Source of the DNA: Thermoanaerobaculia bacterium | Lineage (GTDB): Bacteria > Acidobacteriota > Thermoanaerobaculia > Multivoradales > JAHEKO01 | Reading direction: 5' to 3' | NCBI GenBank assembly: GCA_050747865.1 | Contig: JBOGJI010000235.1 | Coordinates: forward strand, 1 to 55,267 | DNA length: 55,267 nucleotides | Shown: positions 26,130 to 35,634 of the stretch, piece after piece | Position numbering within the stretch: position 1 is the stretch's first letter | How the letters are laid out: each line of letters opens with the position of its first letter | Notes under the pieces: generated by a model | What the model saw: the letters and a program-made list of their open reading frames with translations, nothing else | The model's database searches: none | Told to the model about the DNA's origin: nothing | Position numbers and translations under genes: made by a program

Positions 26130-27071
26130 CTAACGGGTCCAGCTCGGATGGGCGTCGTGGGCGCTGCCGAAGGTGAGCTGGCGCCGGCCGGTGCCGTCGG
26201 CGCCGACGACGTACAGGTTGTAGCGCTCCTTGTCCGGCCCCGCGGCGAAGGCGATGTGGCGGCCGTCGGGGGACCAGCTCGGGTGGTAGTCGTAGAGCTG
26301 GTCGGCGGTGGTCACCCGCCGCGGCTCGCCGCCGGCGAAGCCCACGGTCCAGATGTCCCCCTTGCCGTCAGCGCGCATCGACACGAACGCCACCGAGGCG
26401 CCGTCGGGTGAAAAGGCGGGCCGGCAGTCGCCCTCGGCGCTGGCCACGATCCGGTAGCCGCTGCCGTCGGGACGCACGGCGGCGACCCTCCAGGAGCTCC
26501 CCCGCCGCCGCGCGGAGAGGGCGAGCCACCGGCCGTCGGGCGACCAGGCGGGGATCGCCTCGATGCGGCGCCGCTCGTCGGTGACCCGCCGCGGGTCGTT
26601 GCCGTCCCGGGTCATCACCCACAGGGTGGGATCGCCCGCGCGCTCGGAATCGAAGGCCAGGAAGCGCCCGTCCGGCGACCAGGCGGGGTTGCGATCGTCG
26701 GCCGGATGGGAGGTGAGGCGTCGGACGTTGCCCCCGTCGGCGTCGACCACGTAGATCTCCTCGTTGCCGTCGCGGTTGGAGAAGAACGCGATGCGCGTGC
26801 CGTCCGGCGACCACTTCGGGTTCATGTCGTCGCCGGGGCCGCGGGTCACCTGCCGCACCTCCTGGTGGTCGAGGACGAAGATCTTGGCGCGACCGGTGCG
26901 GTCGGACTGAAACGCGATGCGACCGGAGAGGTCGGGAGGCAGGCGCACGGAGGCAGTCGCCGGCCGCGGCTCATCAGGCGTGGAGGCACCGGATGCCGCC
27001 CTGCCGTCATCGCCGCATCCACTGAGCGCCGCTGCCACCACGACGAGCACTGCCAGGAACCGTTGTAGCAT
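26130..27071 (-). CDS. TolB-like WD40/PD40 beta-propeller lipoprotein
   Basis: Start MLQRFLAVLVVVAAALSGC (lipobox) at 27071. Repeated ...P.WSPDG..IAF motifs. Confidence 0.8.
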   Translation of the reverse strand: MLQRFLAVLVVVAAALSGCGDDGRAASGASTPDEPRPATASVRLPPDLSGRIAFQSDRTGRAKIFVLDHQEVRQVTRGPGDDMNPKWSPDGTRIAFFSNRDGNEEIYVVDADGGNVRRLTSHPADDRNPAWSPDGRFLAFDSERAGDPTLWVMTRDGNDPRRVTDERRRIEAIPAWSPDGRWLALSARRRGSSWRVAAVRPDGSGYRIVASAEGDCRPAFSPDGASVAFVSMRADGKGDIWTVGFAGGEPRRVTTADQLYDYHPSWSPDGRHIAFAAGPDKERYNLYVVGADGTGRRQLTFGSAHDAHPSWTR

Positions 27072-27240
27072 GAGTTGCACGTCGTCTCGCCAGTGTATCC
27101 CGAGGATGTGGCGGAAGAAACTCTCGGCGGCGCGGCAGAGCATGTCGAGCAGCGACGGCGGCTGGCACGTCCGCCGTGCGGTATCCTTGCCCGCACGGCA
27201 ACATGGGGAGTCGCACCTGTGGCCGGCCCACCTTCAGAGG

Positions 27241-28308
27241 ATGCCAGGCGTGAGAGTCGTCATAGTCGATGATCAGAGCTCAGCGCGCACGATGCTGCGG
27301 TACATCATCGAGGACGTCGCGTCCGAGCTCGAGGTGTTCGACTTCGGCGATCCAGCTGTGGCGCTGGCCTGGTGCGAGGCCAATCAGCCAGACCTCCTGT
27401 TGCTCGACTATCGCATGCCCGGCATCGACGGCTTGGAGTTCGCGCACCGTTTCCGCCGCCTGCCGCTGCACCGTGACATCCCGATCATCCTGGTGACCGT
27501 GGTCGGCGACGAGCCGGTACGGCAGGCCGCGCTCGACGCCGGCGTCATCGATTTCCTGGTCAAGCCGGTGCGTCCACGCGAGCTGCGCGCGCGTTGCCGC
27601 AATTTGCTGCAGCTGCGTCAGCAGTCGGAGAGCATGAAGCAGCGTGCGCTGTCACTGGAACAGCGCCTGCTGGCGAGCATGCATGAGATCGAGGAGCGCG
27701 AGCGGGAGACGCTTTCGCGGCTGGCACGCGCGATCGAATACCGCGACTCCGGCACCAGCGCCTTCCTCGAGCGCATGTCTCGAGTTGCCGGGTTGATCGC
27801 CGAGCAGCTGGGCTTGCTCGAAGACGAGGTGCGGGTGATCGAGTTGGCCGCGCCGTTGCACGACATCGGCAAGATCGCGATCCCCGACGCGGTGCTGATG
27901 AAGCCCGGCCCACTGACCGACGAGGAGGTCGCGGTGATGCGCCGCCATCCGCGTATCGGCTACGAGCTGCTCGGCGGCAGCCAAAACCGATTCATCCAGA
28001 CCGGTGCGGTGATCGCGCTGCGCCACCATGAGCGTTACGACGGAAGCGGCTACCCGGATGGCCTGATCGGCGAGGAGATCCCGCTGGAGGCCAGGATCGT
28101 GGCGGTGGCGGACGTGTTCGATGCGTTGATCTCGCCGCGCCCGTACAAGGAGGCCTGGGACGTGGACAGGGCGCTGGCGTACCTGTTCTCTCAACGCGGC
28201 CGGCACTTCGACCCGCGTTGCGTGGATGCGCTGATGGGTTGCCGCGAGCGGCTGGAAGAGATCTGCGGCCAGTTTTCGACCGCCAGCGCTCGTCGGGGCG
28301 TAGAGTAG
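27241..28308 (+). CDS. rpfG: response regulator with HD-GYP phosphodiesterase domain
   Basis: REC domain (VVIVDDQ...LLLLDYRMPGIDG...KP), then HD-GYP (LHDIGKIAIPD, HHERYDGSGYPDG). ATG at 27241 in ORF 26917..28308. Confidence 0.9.
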   Translation: MPGVRVVIVDDQSSARTMLRYIIEDVASELEVFDFGDPAVALAWCEANQPDLLLLDYRMPGIDGLEFAHRFRRLPLHRDIPIILVTVVGDEPVRQAALDAGVIDFLVKPVRPRELRARCRNLLQLRQQSESMKQRALSLEQRLLASMHEIEERERETLSRLARAIEYRDSGTSAFLERMSRVAGLIAEQLGLLEDEVRVIELAAPLHDIGKIAIPDAVLMKPGPLTDEEVAVMRRHPRIGYELLGGSQNRFIQTGAVIALRHHERYDGSGYPDGLIGEEIPLEARIVAVADVFDALISPRPYKEAWDVDRALAYLFSQRGRHFDPRCVDALMGCRERLEEICGQFSTASARRGVE

Positions 28309-28314
28309 TCGACG

Positions 28315-30504
28315 ATGGTCTCCGTACTGCGCAGATTCAAGTCGCGTCTGGCCGCACGGCCCGACAGTGAGCACCAGCAGGATCTGGTCCGCATCGCGAT
28401 CACGGCCCTGTTCATGAGCTACCTGGGCTGGCGCCATATTCATGTGGCGGCCGGGAATGCGGCCTTACCGGTCACCTGGCTGATTCTGGTCGGCGCGCTG
28501 GCGGTTGCGCTGGGCCTGCTCGCTGCGATCCTCTGGCGGCCCGGTGTCTCGCACGCGCGGCGGTGGATCGGAATGCTCAACGACTACTCGGTGATGGCTG
28601 CGATCCTGTGCATCGAGAGCGAGCCGGCTGCGCCGCTGTACGCGGTGTACCTGTGGGTCACGATCGGCAACGGCATGCGCTACGGGCACCGCTACCTGCG
28701 CATTGCCACGGCGTTGGCAGCGACCTCGTTCCTGGTGGTGGTCCTGTTCTCGCCGTACTGGCGTGCCAATCCGTACCTGGCCTGGGGCCTGCTGCTTGGC
28801 CTGATCGCGGTGCCGCTGTACTTCGACTCGCTGCTGCGGGCGCTGATCCGGGCGGTGGATGCCGCGCGCACGGCAAACGAAGCCAAGAGCCGCTTCCTGG
28901 CCAACATGAGCCACGAGTTCCGCACGCCGCTGCACGGCCTGGCCGGCATGTCCGAGCTGCTGGCGACGACGCGGCTGGACAGAGAGCAGCGCGAGTGCCT
29001 GGACACGATCGAGGCTGCCACCCGCAGCCTGCTGGCGCTGGTGGAGGATGTGCTGGACATCTCCGTGATCGAGGCCGGCGGGATCAAGCTGGACCGGGTC
29101 GAGTTCGTGCCGCAGGACCTGATCGACAGCGTCGGCCTGGTTCTGCAGCCGCAGGCCAAGGCCAAGAAGCTACGTTATGAGGCCGAGATCGCGGACGACG
29201 TGCCATCCTGCGTGCGCGGCGACATGGTGCACCTGCGCCAGGTGCTGCTGAATCTGGTCGGCAATGCCGTCAAGTTCACCAACCAGGGCTCGGTGACGCT
29301 GGATGTGGCGGTGACGGAACGGGCCGCAGAACGTGTGCGCCTGCGCTTCACCATCTCCGACACGGGCATCGGCGTGCCGGCGGCGATGCGCCAGCGGCTG
29401 TTCGAGGCGTTTGAGCAGGCCGATGGCGGCCTCGCGCGCTCCTATGGCGGTACTGGCCTGGGGACGACGATCGCCAAGGGCCTGACGGAGGCGATGGGCG
29501 GCAGCATCGGTTTCGAGAGCGTGGAAACCCGCGGCAGCCGGTTCTGGGTCGAGCTGCCGTTCGAGCGTGCAGACGGAGTGCCGGCGGACGTGCAGGCGGC
29601 GTCGCGGTCGCCGGCCGCCGTCGACTTCGACGGCACGGATGCGCCGGCGGGCAACGTGATCGCCTTTTCCGACCCGTTCCTACGCCACCGAGTGCGCGTG
29701 CGCAGCCTGTCGATCCTGGTGGCCGACGACCATGCCGCGAACCGGATGGTGCTGCAGCGTCTGGTGGAGAAGGCGGGCCACCGCACGACCTGTGTCGATG
29801 GTGGCGAGGCGGTGCTCGATGCGTTGGCGGCGACCGACTACGACGCGGTCATTGCCGACCTGCATATGCCCGACGTCAGCGGCCTCGACCTGCTGCGGCA
29901 GTTGCGGGTGATGGAAGCCGGCAGCCGCCGACGCACCCCTGTGGTCATCCTCAGCGCCGACGTGACGCCCGAATCGATCCGCGCCTGCGAGCAGGCCGGC
30001 GCGCGTGCATTCCTGGGCAAGCCGGTGCCGGCCGTACGCCTGCTCGACTCGCTGGCCGACATCGCACGAGGCGACCGCCTCAGCGCAACGTTGGTGGCCG
30101 AGCGCAGCGTGCCGGTGCTTCTAGGCGACGGCGTACTCGACAGCTCCGTGCTGGACGAGATGAGTGGTCTCGGCATGGGGGCGGGATTCGAGCGCGAGTT
30201 CATCGCGCAATGTCTGCTCGACGCCGAAACCTGCCTGGACGCGCTCGCGGCGGCGGGCGAGGGCAACGACTGGGAGCGTCTGCGCGAGCAGGCGCACGCG
30301 CTCAAGGGTGTGGCCAGCAACTTCGGTCTGATCAAGCTGGCCGCGGTCAGCGGTGAGGCGATGCAGCTGCCCGACTGGCAACTCGCACGCGAGTGGCAGA
30401 CACGGGTGGACATGCTGCGCGACCTTCTGGCCGAGGGCAGGGCGGCGCTCGATGCCCGCGAACGGCAACGCGCCGCGCGCGACGAAGGCGAGCATTCCCC
30501 TTGA
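28315..30504 (+). CDS. rpfC: hybrid sensor histidine kinase (TM sensor-HisKA-HATPase-REC-HPt), DSF sensor type
   Basis: 729 aa with about 5 N-terminal TM helices. H-box [11 protein letters not shown] box [12 protein letters not shown] boxes DTGIGV and [18 protein letters not shown]...VIADLHMP and HPt [11 protein letters not shown]. Collinear with Xanthomonas RpfC as I remember it. Confidence 0.85.
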   Translation: MVSVLRRFKSRLAARPDSEHQQDLVRIAITALFMSYLGWRHIHVAAGNAALPVTWLILVGALAVALGLLAAILWRPGVSHARRWIGMLNDYSVMAAILCIESEPAAPLYAVYLWVTIGNGMRYGHRYLRIATALAATSFLVVVLFSPYWRANPYLAWGLLLGLIAVPLYFDSLLRALIRAVDAARTANEAKSRFLANMSHEFRTPLHGLAGMSELLATTRLDREQRECLDTIEAATRSLLALVEDVLDISVIEAGGIKLDRVEFVPQDLIDSVGLVLQPQAKAKKLRYEAEIADDVPSCVRGDMVHLRQVLLNLVGNAVKFTNQGSVTLDVAVTERAAERVRLRFTISDTGIGVPAAMRQRLFEAFEQADGGLARSYGGTGLGTTIAKGLTEAMGGSIGFESVETRGSRFWVELPFERADGVPADVQAASRSPAAVDFDGTDAPAGNVIAFSDPFLRHRVRVRSLSILVADDHAANRMVLQRLVEKAGHRTTCVDGGEAVLDALAATDYDAVIADLHMPDVSGLDLLRQLRVMEAGSRRRTPVVILSADVTPESIRACEQAGARAFLGKPVPAVRLLDSLADIARGDRLSATLVAERSVPVLLGDGVLDSSVLDEMSGLGMGAGFEREFIAQCLLDAETCLDALAAAGEGNDWERLREQAHALKGVASNFGLIKLAAVSGEAMQLPDWQLAREWQTRVDMLRDLLAEGRAALDARERQRAARDEGEHSP

Positions 30505-30528
30505 TCTTCCGGCCCTGCACGGGGCGCC

Positions 30529-31401
30529 TCAGGCCGCTACCGCGCCTGCCCGACGCTGCTGCGCCCGCACCAGTCGGTCCATCGTTCGCAGCGACTTCTC
30601 CTCGAGCTGCAGTGCGGTGTCCACCCAGATTTCGGTGATCCGCATCATCTCCTCCAGCAGCGCCGGCCGAGACAGCTCGCGCACCCGCTGCATCGCGCCG
30701 CGCGCATGCGGCGTGCGGCGATTGGCGTGGATCACCTTTTCAACTGCGGCGACGCCTTGGCCGCGCGGCGCCAGCACGTCGACCAGCCCCATCGCGTGCA
30801 TCTGCTCGCTGCTGTAGCACTCGCCTTCCAGCATCAGCTTCTCGGCCTGCTGCGGCGGGATGCGCTCGCACAGAAAGGACCAGGCGCCCATCCCCGGGAA
30901 CAGGTCGAACAGCACCTCCGGCAGCCCCATCGTCACGCCCTCCTCGGCGACGATGGTGTGACAGCTCAACGCCGCCTCGAACCCGCCACCGAGCGCGTCG
31001 CCCTGCACCAGCGCGATGGTGTGCGCGCCCGCGCCACATCCGTCACGGAACCCTTGCGCGCCGCGCACACATTGGTGCGCGTAGTGCAACAGCCCTTCGC
31101 GATCGCCACTGCGGATCAGTCGCGAGAACAGCTCCAGATCGCCGCCGAGATTGAACGCATTGCCGTCCGATGCGAGCACTAGATGTGCCGATGCGGAGGT
31201 GTCGGCACGCCGTCGCAGGCGTTCGCCCAGACTGCGCTGGTAGTCGAGGACGTCCTCGACCAGCTCTGACGAAAAACACGGGCGCTGCCCCGGAGCGGCG
31301 TTGGCGTGCATGTGGCACCAGTACACGTCGCGCTGAGGCTCCTCATCGACGCGCAGAGTGCGGCCGGGCGCAGCGTGGCGGATGGGCTGAGCTGCTGACA
31401 T
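30529..31401 (-). CDS. rpfF: DSF synthase (crotonase/enoyl-CoA hydratase superfamily)
   Basis: 290 aa. EEPQRDVYWCHMHA, LVQGDALGGGFEAALSCHTIVAEEGVTMGLPEVLFDLFPGMGA and EEMMRITEIWVDTALQLEEKSLRTMDRLVRAQ closely match my memory of Xanthomonas RpfF. Convergent with rpfC. Confidence 0.85.
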   Translation of the reverse strand: MSAAQPIRHAAPGRTLRVDEEPQRDVYWCHMHANAAPGQRPCFSSELVEDVLDYQRSLGERLRRRADTSASAHLVLASDGNAFNLGGDLELFSRLIRSGDREGLLHYAHQCVRGAQGFRDGCGAGAHTIALVQGDALGGGFEAALSCHTIVAEEGVTMGLPEVLFDLFPGMGAWSFLCERIPPQQAEKLMLEGECYSSEQMHAMGLVDVLAPRGQGVAAVEKVIHANRRTPHARGAMQRVRELSRPALLEEMMRITEIWVDTALQLEEKSLRTMDRLVRAQQRRAGAVAA

Positions 31402-31474
31402 TTCGGATCCTCCCTGGTAAAGTTGCAGGCTCGATTGTTGGCGTAAATCGTAGCATACGCCTACGCAGCCCGCT

Positions 31475-31987
31475 TCAGTAACGCCAGCTGGTGATGTCGG
31501 CGCCCCGCGGTGCCGATTCTTCGATGCGCTCCAGGATCCGCGGCACGTACATCGTGTCGTAGCGCAGGCGCGTGATGTGGTTGGGGTTCTCGTGGTCTCC
31601 GTTCCAGCAGCGCTCGGCGCGGTCGCCGTATTCGACGACGCCGTCGTAATGCGGATCGGTCGTCGACTCGAGGAACTCCTCCATCAGATTGACGGCATTG
31701 TTCAGGTAGTAGTTGTCCATGTCGCCGCAGTAGATGTGGATCTTGCCGACGAGCTTCTGTCCGAGGGTCGACCAGTTCATCTCCAGCACGTGGCGCAGGT
31801 CGTACTTCTTCCACGCCTCGGCCACCTGCGGGTCGACCTCTCCGGTCAGCTTGTTCCAGAGGCGAGCGGGATAGCCGTCCTCGCCCATGGGTGAGAAGGC
31901 CGCCTCCCAGATGTCGAACTGCTGGCCCGAGCGGCCCTTGGCGCCCAGCGCCTCCCAGCCGCCGGTCGAGCCGCCGTCGCGCGGAAT
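31475..31987 (-). pseudogene. 3' remnant of a larger hydrolase/esterase-like gene
   Basis: The frame is open only from the TGA at 31988-31990 down to the stop at 31475 (171 codons). Sense sequence IPRDGGSTGGWEALGAKGRSGQQFDIWEAAFSPMGEDGYPARLW...HIYCGDMDNYYLNNAV... begins without a start, SD or N-terminal domain. Markedly low G+C. Confidence 0.5.
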
Positions 31988-32026
31988 TCAGCCTGTTGGA
32001 GCGACGTGGGGGAGCGGCGCCGCGGC

Positions 32027-33502
32027 CTACAAGGCGCGAGCGAGGCGTCGCACCGCGGAGGGAATCTCGTCGGCTCGCGTGCCGCCGTAGCCGAGAACCA
32101 GGCCCTGCCGGTGGTCCGGGCCGAGGTAGCAGGTCGAGAGCGGCAGCACCTTGACGCCCTCCTCGAGCGCCCGCGCCGCGACTTCGACGTCGCGCAGGCT
32201 CGCGGGCAGGGTCGCGACCAGGTGCAGTCCGGCCCGATCTCCGAGCACCGTGATGCCTTCCCCCGGCAGATCCCGAATGGCGTCCACGAGCGCGCTGCGG
32301 CGCTCGCGGTACAGCTTGCGCATCCGGCGCAGATGGCGCGCGAAGTGCCCTTCGTTGAGGAAATCCGTCAGCACCGCCTGGAGGAAGGTCGGAGGCGAGA
32401 TGTCGGCCGTCCAGCGCAGCAGGCCGAAGCGATCGACGAGGTCGGGCGGCAGCACCAGATAGCCGATGCGCAGGCCCGGGGAGAGGACTTTGCTGAAGGT
32501 CCCGATGTAGATCACCCGGGCGTCGCGATCGAGGCCCTGGAGGGCGGCGATGGGCAGGCTCTCGTAGCGGAACTCGCTGTTGTAATCGTCCTCGATGATC
32601 CAGGCTCCGGTTCGCTGGGCCCAGTCGAGCAGCTGCATGCGGCGCGAGGCGCTCATGGTCACGCCGAGCGGGAACTGATGCGACGGCGTGACGTATACGG
32701 CGTGCGCCCGCGGGCAGCGGGCGACGCCCTCCGCCACGTTCAGGCCCTCTTCGTCCACCGGCACTGGAACGAGGCGCGCGCCCGCCAGCGTGAACGCGTC
32801 GCGCGCTCCCCAATAGCCGGGCTCCTCGATCCACACCGGCCTTGACGGATCGAGCAGCAGACGCGCCGCGAGCGCGAGCGCCTGCTGGGAGCCGCTGACG
32901 ACCATGACCTGGTCGGGCTCGCAGAGCACGCCCCGGGACGCTCTCAGGTAGGCGGCGATCGCCTCGCGGAAGGACTGCAGGCCATGCCGTGGGCCGTAAT
33001 GCAGGAGCTCCGGCGAGATGTCGCGGGCGCGGCGGGTGAGCAGGGTCGCCCAGACCCGCAACGGGAACTCGTCGACGGCCGTGCCGCCGATGGTGAGCGG
33101 GCCGGGACCCGCGAGCCAGGGGGGTGGGCTCGACACATCTGCCGCCGGACCGCTCGCAAGCTCCCGGGGTCCGGAAGACGGTGTCCTGGGCGCAAGGCCA
33201 TTCGTCGTTCGCGACGGCGCGACCGCCTCCGGCAGCGAGGCGGCGACGAAGGTGCCGGCTCCGGTCTGGGCTTCGCAGTACCCCTCGGCGACGAGCTGCT
33301 CGAAGGCGTTGAGGATGGGGAAGCGCGACACGCCGAGCTCCGCGGCGAGGTCGCGGGTGGACGGCAGGCGCTCGCCGCCATGCAGCCGGCCGTCGACGAT
33401 CGCCTCGCGGTACCCCTCGTAGATCTGTCGATAGAGGGGCTGCGGCGAGTCGCGATCGATCGCGATGACGACGGGGACGACGCCGTGCCGCGCGTCCTGC
33501 AT
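32027..33502 (-). CDS. MocR/PdxR-type regulator (GntR HTH fused to a class I aminotransferase-like domain)
   Basis: 491 aa. PLYRQIYEGYREAIVDGRLHGGERLPSTRDLAAELGVSRFPILNAFEQLVAEGY, then a long AAT-fold domain. Confidence 0.85.
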   Translation of the reverse strand: MQDARHGVVPVVIAIDRDSPQPLYRQIYEGYREAIVDGRLHGGERLPSTRDLAAELGVSRFPILNAFEQLVAEGYCEAQTGAGTFVAASLPEAVAPSRTTNGLAPRTPSSGPRELASGPAADVSSPPPWLAGPGPLTIGGTAVDEFPLRVWATLLTRRARDISPELLHYGPRHGLQSFREAIAAYLRASRGVLCEPDQVMVVSGSQQALALAARLLLDPSRPVWIEEPGYWGARDAFTLAGARLVPVPVDEEGLNVAEGVARCPRAHAVYVTPSHQFPLGVTMSASRRMQLLDWAQRTGAWIIEDDYNSEFRYESLPIAALQGLDRDARVIYIGTFSKVLSPGLRIGYLVLPPDLVDRFGLLRWTADISPPTFLQAVLTDFLNEGHFARHLRRMRKLYRERRSALVDAIRDLPGEGITVLGDRAGLHLVATLPASLRDVEVAARALEEGVKVLPLSTCYLGPDHRQGLVLGYGGTRADEIPSAVRRLARAL

Positions 33503-33533
33503 GGGACCATCTTAGCGGCGCGGGGGCCGGTGC

Positions 33534-33550
33534 TGTCCGATGTCGGGACA
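33534..33550. promoter_or_regulatory. inverted repeat TGTCC-N7-GGACA upstream of the MocR gene (candidate operator)
   Basis: Read directly from the sequence, about 32 nt upstream of the MocR start codon in the divergent intergenic region. Confidence 0.25.
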
Positions 33551-33800
33551 AGGCCATCGCGATCCAGGCTGCCGAATGGAGATCCGAGTGGCTGGATGTC
33601 GGTGCCGGTCGGCGGCCAACCGCCGGCGGGCCTCGTGGCCGGAGAACGACGGTGGCGCCGGCCATCCGGGCCTCGACGTTGGATCCCGGCCCTCGTGGCA
33701 ACGTGCTTGCAGATCTGCTCGAGCAGGGGCACGACGGCGAAATGGTCATGCACGCGGAGGGAGAAGTGGCTATTGAGAACCGTCGCTCACGAAGGCAGGC

Positions 33801-34370
33801 TTGCGAGTCAGCGTGCCGGGCCTACGCGCCCGGCCGGGAGCGAAGCAGTTGAGCAAGGCGACCCAGTGGAGCAACCGGTCCCTGTCCGGAGCTTGGGGGC
33901 CCGGAGCCTTGGGCGGAGAACCGTCGACCTCGAGCGTCGTCCGTCCTTTCTCCGCCGCTGGCTCGGTTCCCCAGGCGGCGCCGGCGGGCCGCGGCGAGCA
34001 GCACGGGCCCGGGCCGCGCCCCAAGTCACTTCCCGATTTCTTGTCGCGGCTCCTGGTCCGCAAGGATGGATGCCTCGTCGTCGTCCGCCTCGAGGAGGTC
34101 GACTGGATCGAAGCGGAGGGCAACTACGTCCGCTTGCACGACCGCACGGCGAGCCACCGCTACCGTCGGACGCTGGACGCTCTCGAGTCCCGCCTGGATA
34201 TGCGACGTTTCGTGCGCACGCACCGTTCCGCCATCGTCAACGTCGAGCGGATCCTCGAGCTCCATCCCACGGGCTCCGGCGGCTACGACGTCCTGCTCCG
34301 CGACGGTACGCGGGTGCCGCTTTCGCGCGGCTACAAGAAGCGCGTCTTCGTCTTGTTGGGAAAGGAGTGA
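33801..34370 (+). CDS. LytTR DNA-binding domain protein without a recognisable receiver domain
   Basis: The C-terminal 110 aa are LytTR-like: VVRLEEVDWIEAEGNYVRLH...FVRTHRSAIVN...DGTRVPLSRGY. The N-terminal 80 aa are low-complexity and not REC-like, so the true start may be further downstream. Confidence 0.6.
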   Translation: MRVSVPGLRARPGAKQLSKATQWSNRSLSGAWGPGALGGEPSTSSVVRPFSAAGSVPQAAPAGRGEQHGPGPRPKSLPDFLSRLLVRKDGCLVVVRLEEVDWIEAEGNYVRLHDRTASHRYRRTLDALESRLDMRRFVRTHRSAIVNVERILELHPTGSGGYDVLLRDGTRVPLSRGYKKRVFVLLGKE

Positions 34371-34372
34371 CC

Positions 34373-35185
34373 ATGCCGGTCTTCGAACGTCCTTCACCGA
34401 ACGTGAGGCGATTCCGCCGCGGGGCCGTGGGCCTGCTGTTACTCGGCCTGCTGGCGTCGCCGGGAGGCGTCGCCGGCGCGGACGACCAGGGCGGTCCGGT
34501 GCTGGTCGAGCTCTTCACCTCCCAGGGGTGCTCGAGCTGCCCGCCGGCCGACCGCCTGCTCGCCCGCCTGGGCGAGGAGAGCGACGGCGCCGTCGTACCG
34601 CTCGCCTTCCACATCGACAGCTGGAACTATCTGGGGTGGACCGATCCCTTCTCGAGCTCCGCCTGGACCTCGCGTCAGGCCGCCTACACGCGTGCCCTGA
34701 AGGCGACGCCGTACACCCCGCAGGTGGTGGTCGGCGGCCGTGTGGAAGTGCTGGGGTCGGACGAGCGCGCGATACGAGAGGCCGTCGCGGCGGCCGCGGC
34801 GACGCCGCGCGGGGAGCTCAGTCTGGCGGTCGCTCTGGCCGGCTCCAGGCTCGAGGTGACCGTAGAGGTGGAGCTGCCAGAGGAGCTGCGGGATCGCAAG
34901 CTCGACCTGATGGTCGCGGTGTTCGAGTCCGGCCTGGTCACACCCGTCGAACGGGGCGAAAACGGCGGCCACACGATGCACAACGACTACGTGGTGCGGC
35001 GGCTCGAGCGCGCGGGCCGGGTGCGCCCCCGCGATCCGGCGCGCAGCAGCCACTCGGTCAGCCTGAAGGTCGCTGACGATTGGCGGCGGTCGGAGCTCGG
35101 CGTCGCGGCATTTCTCCAGGAGGCGGGTTCTCTCGTGGTCCACGGCGTGGCGGTCCAGACCTTCCCGGAGAGTGCCGGCGGATGA
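34373..35185 (+). CDS. DUF1223-family secreted thioredoxin-like protein
   Basis: In-frame ATG at 34373 of ORF 32984..35185, with a signal peptide. LVELFTSQGCSSCPPAD and HIDSWNYLGWTDPF are typical of DUF1223. Confidence 0.75.
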   Translation: MPVFERPSPNVRRFRRGAVGLLLLGLLASPGGVAGADDQGGPVLVELFTSQGCSSCPPADRLLARLGEESDGAVVPLAFHIDSWNYLGWTDPFSSSAWTSRQAAYTRALKATPYTPQVVVGGRVEVLGSDERAIREAVAAAAATPRGELSLAVALAGSRLEVTVEVELPEELRDRKLDLMVAVFESGLVTPVERGENGGHTMHNDYVVRRLERAGRVRPRDPARSSHSVSLKVADDWRRSELGVAAFLQEAGSLVVHGVAVQTFPESAGG

Positions 35186-35628
35186 GGGCGACACGTCCGG
35201 TCCTGACGGCTGGCTTGGCGGCCGGCACCCTGGACCTCATTGCCGCGATCGTCACCAGCGCGTACTACGGCCGCAGTCCGTCCTGGCTGCTCAAGCTCAT
35301 CGCCAGCGGCTTCTTCGGCTCGGCTGCGTTCGACGGCGGCGCGAGCACCGCCGCCCTGGGTGTTGTGTTTCATTTCGTGATCGCGACCGGCGCCGCCGCC
35401 GTCTATTACGCGGCAAGCCGTCGCTGGCCGGTGCTGACGACCCGACCCCTGGCCTGCGGCGCGGCTTTCGGCATCGCGGTGTGGGTGTTCATGAATCTCG
35501 TCGTGCTGCCGTTCTCGGCCTACCCGTTCCCCTCTTCCTTCCGCGCCGTGGGGGTGATCCGCGGTCTGCTGATCCACATCTTCTGCGTCGGCCTGCCCAT
35601 CGCCCTGGTCGTAAGGAGGGTACGATGA
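35182..35628 (+). CDS. small integral membrane protein (about 4 TM), unknown function
   Basis: 148 aa from MRATRPVLTAGLAAGTLDLIAAIV. ATGA overlap with the DUF1223 gene. Confidence 0.6.
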   Translation: MRATRPVLTAGLAAGTLDLIAAIVTSAYYGRSPSWLLKLIASGFFGSAAFDGGASTAALGVVFHFVIATGAAAVYYAASRRWPVLTTRPLACGAAFGIAVWVFMNLVVLPFSAYPFPSSFRAVGVIRGLLIHIFCVGLPIALVVRRVR

Positions 35629-35634
35629 ACGTGC

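Larger units (their letters stand above)
27072..32026. other. lower-GC island carrying the rpfG-rpfC/rpfF cluster plus a gene remnant
   Basis: G+C hand counts of 60-nt lines: 36/60 (line 27301), 39/60 (28321) and 30/60 (31681). This compares with 42/60 (24001) and 43/60 (3001) outside. No integrase or repeats seen at the edges. Confidence 0.5.

Noticed and set aside
27174-27198. Inverted repeat CCGTGCGG-N9-CCGCACGG between the TolB-like gene and rpfG.
   Set aside because: It is GC-rich, and hairpins of this size are common in this composition. It lies upstream of both divergent genes, so it is not a terminator. There is no second copy or known motif to support an operator call.
31983-31990. 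A GAATTC (EcoRI) site exactly at the remnant/island junction, raising the idea of a cloning or assembly artefact.
   Set aside because: A single 6-mer can occur by chance and carries no evidential weight. Misassembly must be tested by read mapping, as listed under the island finding.
33640-34030. Faint receiver-domain-like peptides in alternative frames upstream of the LytTR domain.
   Set aside because: The similarity is at the level of a few residues and could be pattern over-reading in GC-rich sequence. I kept it only as a testable note under the LytTR finding.
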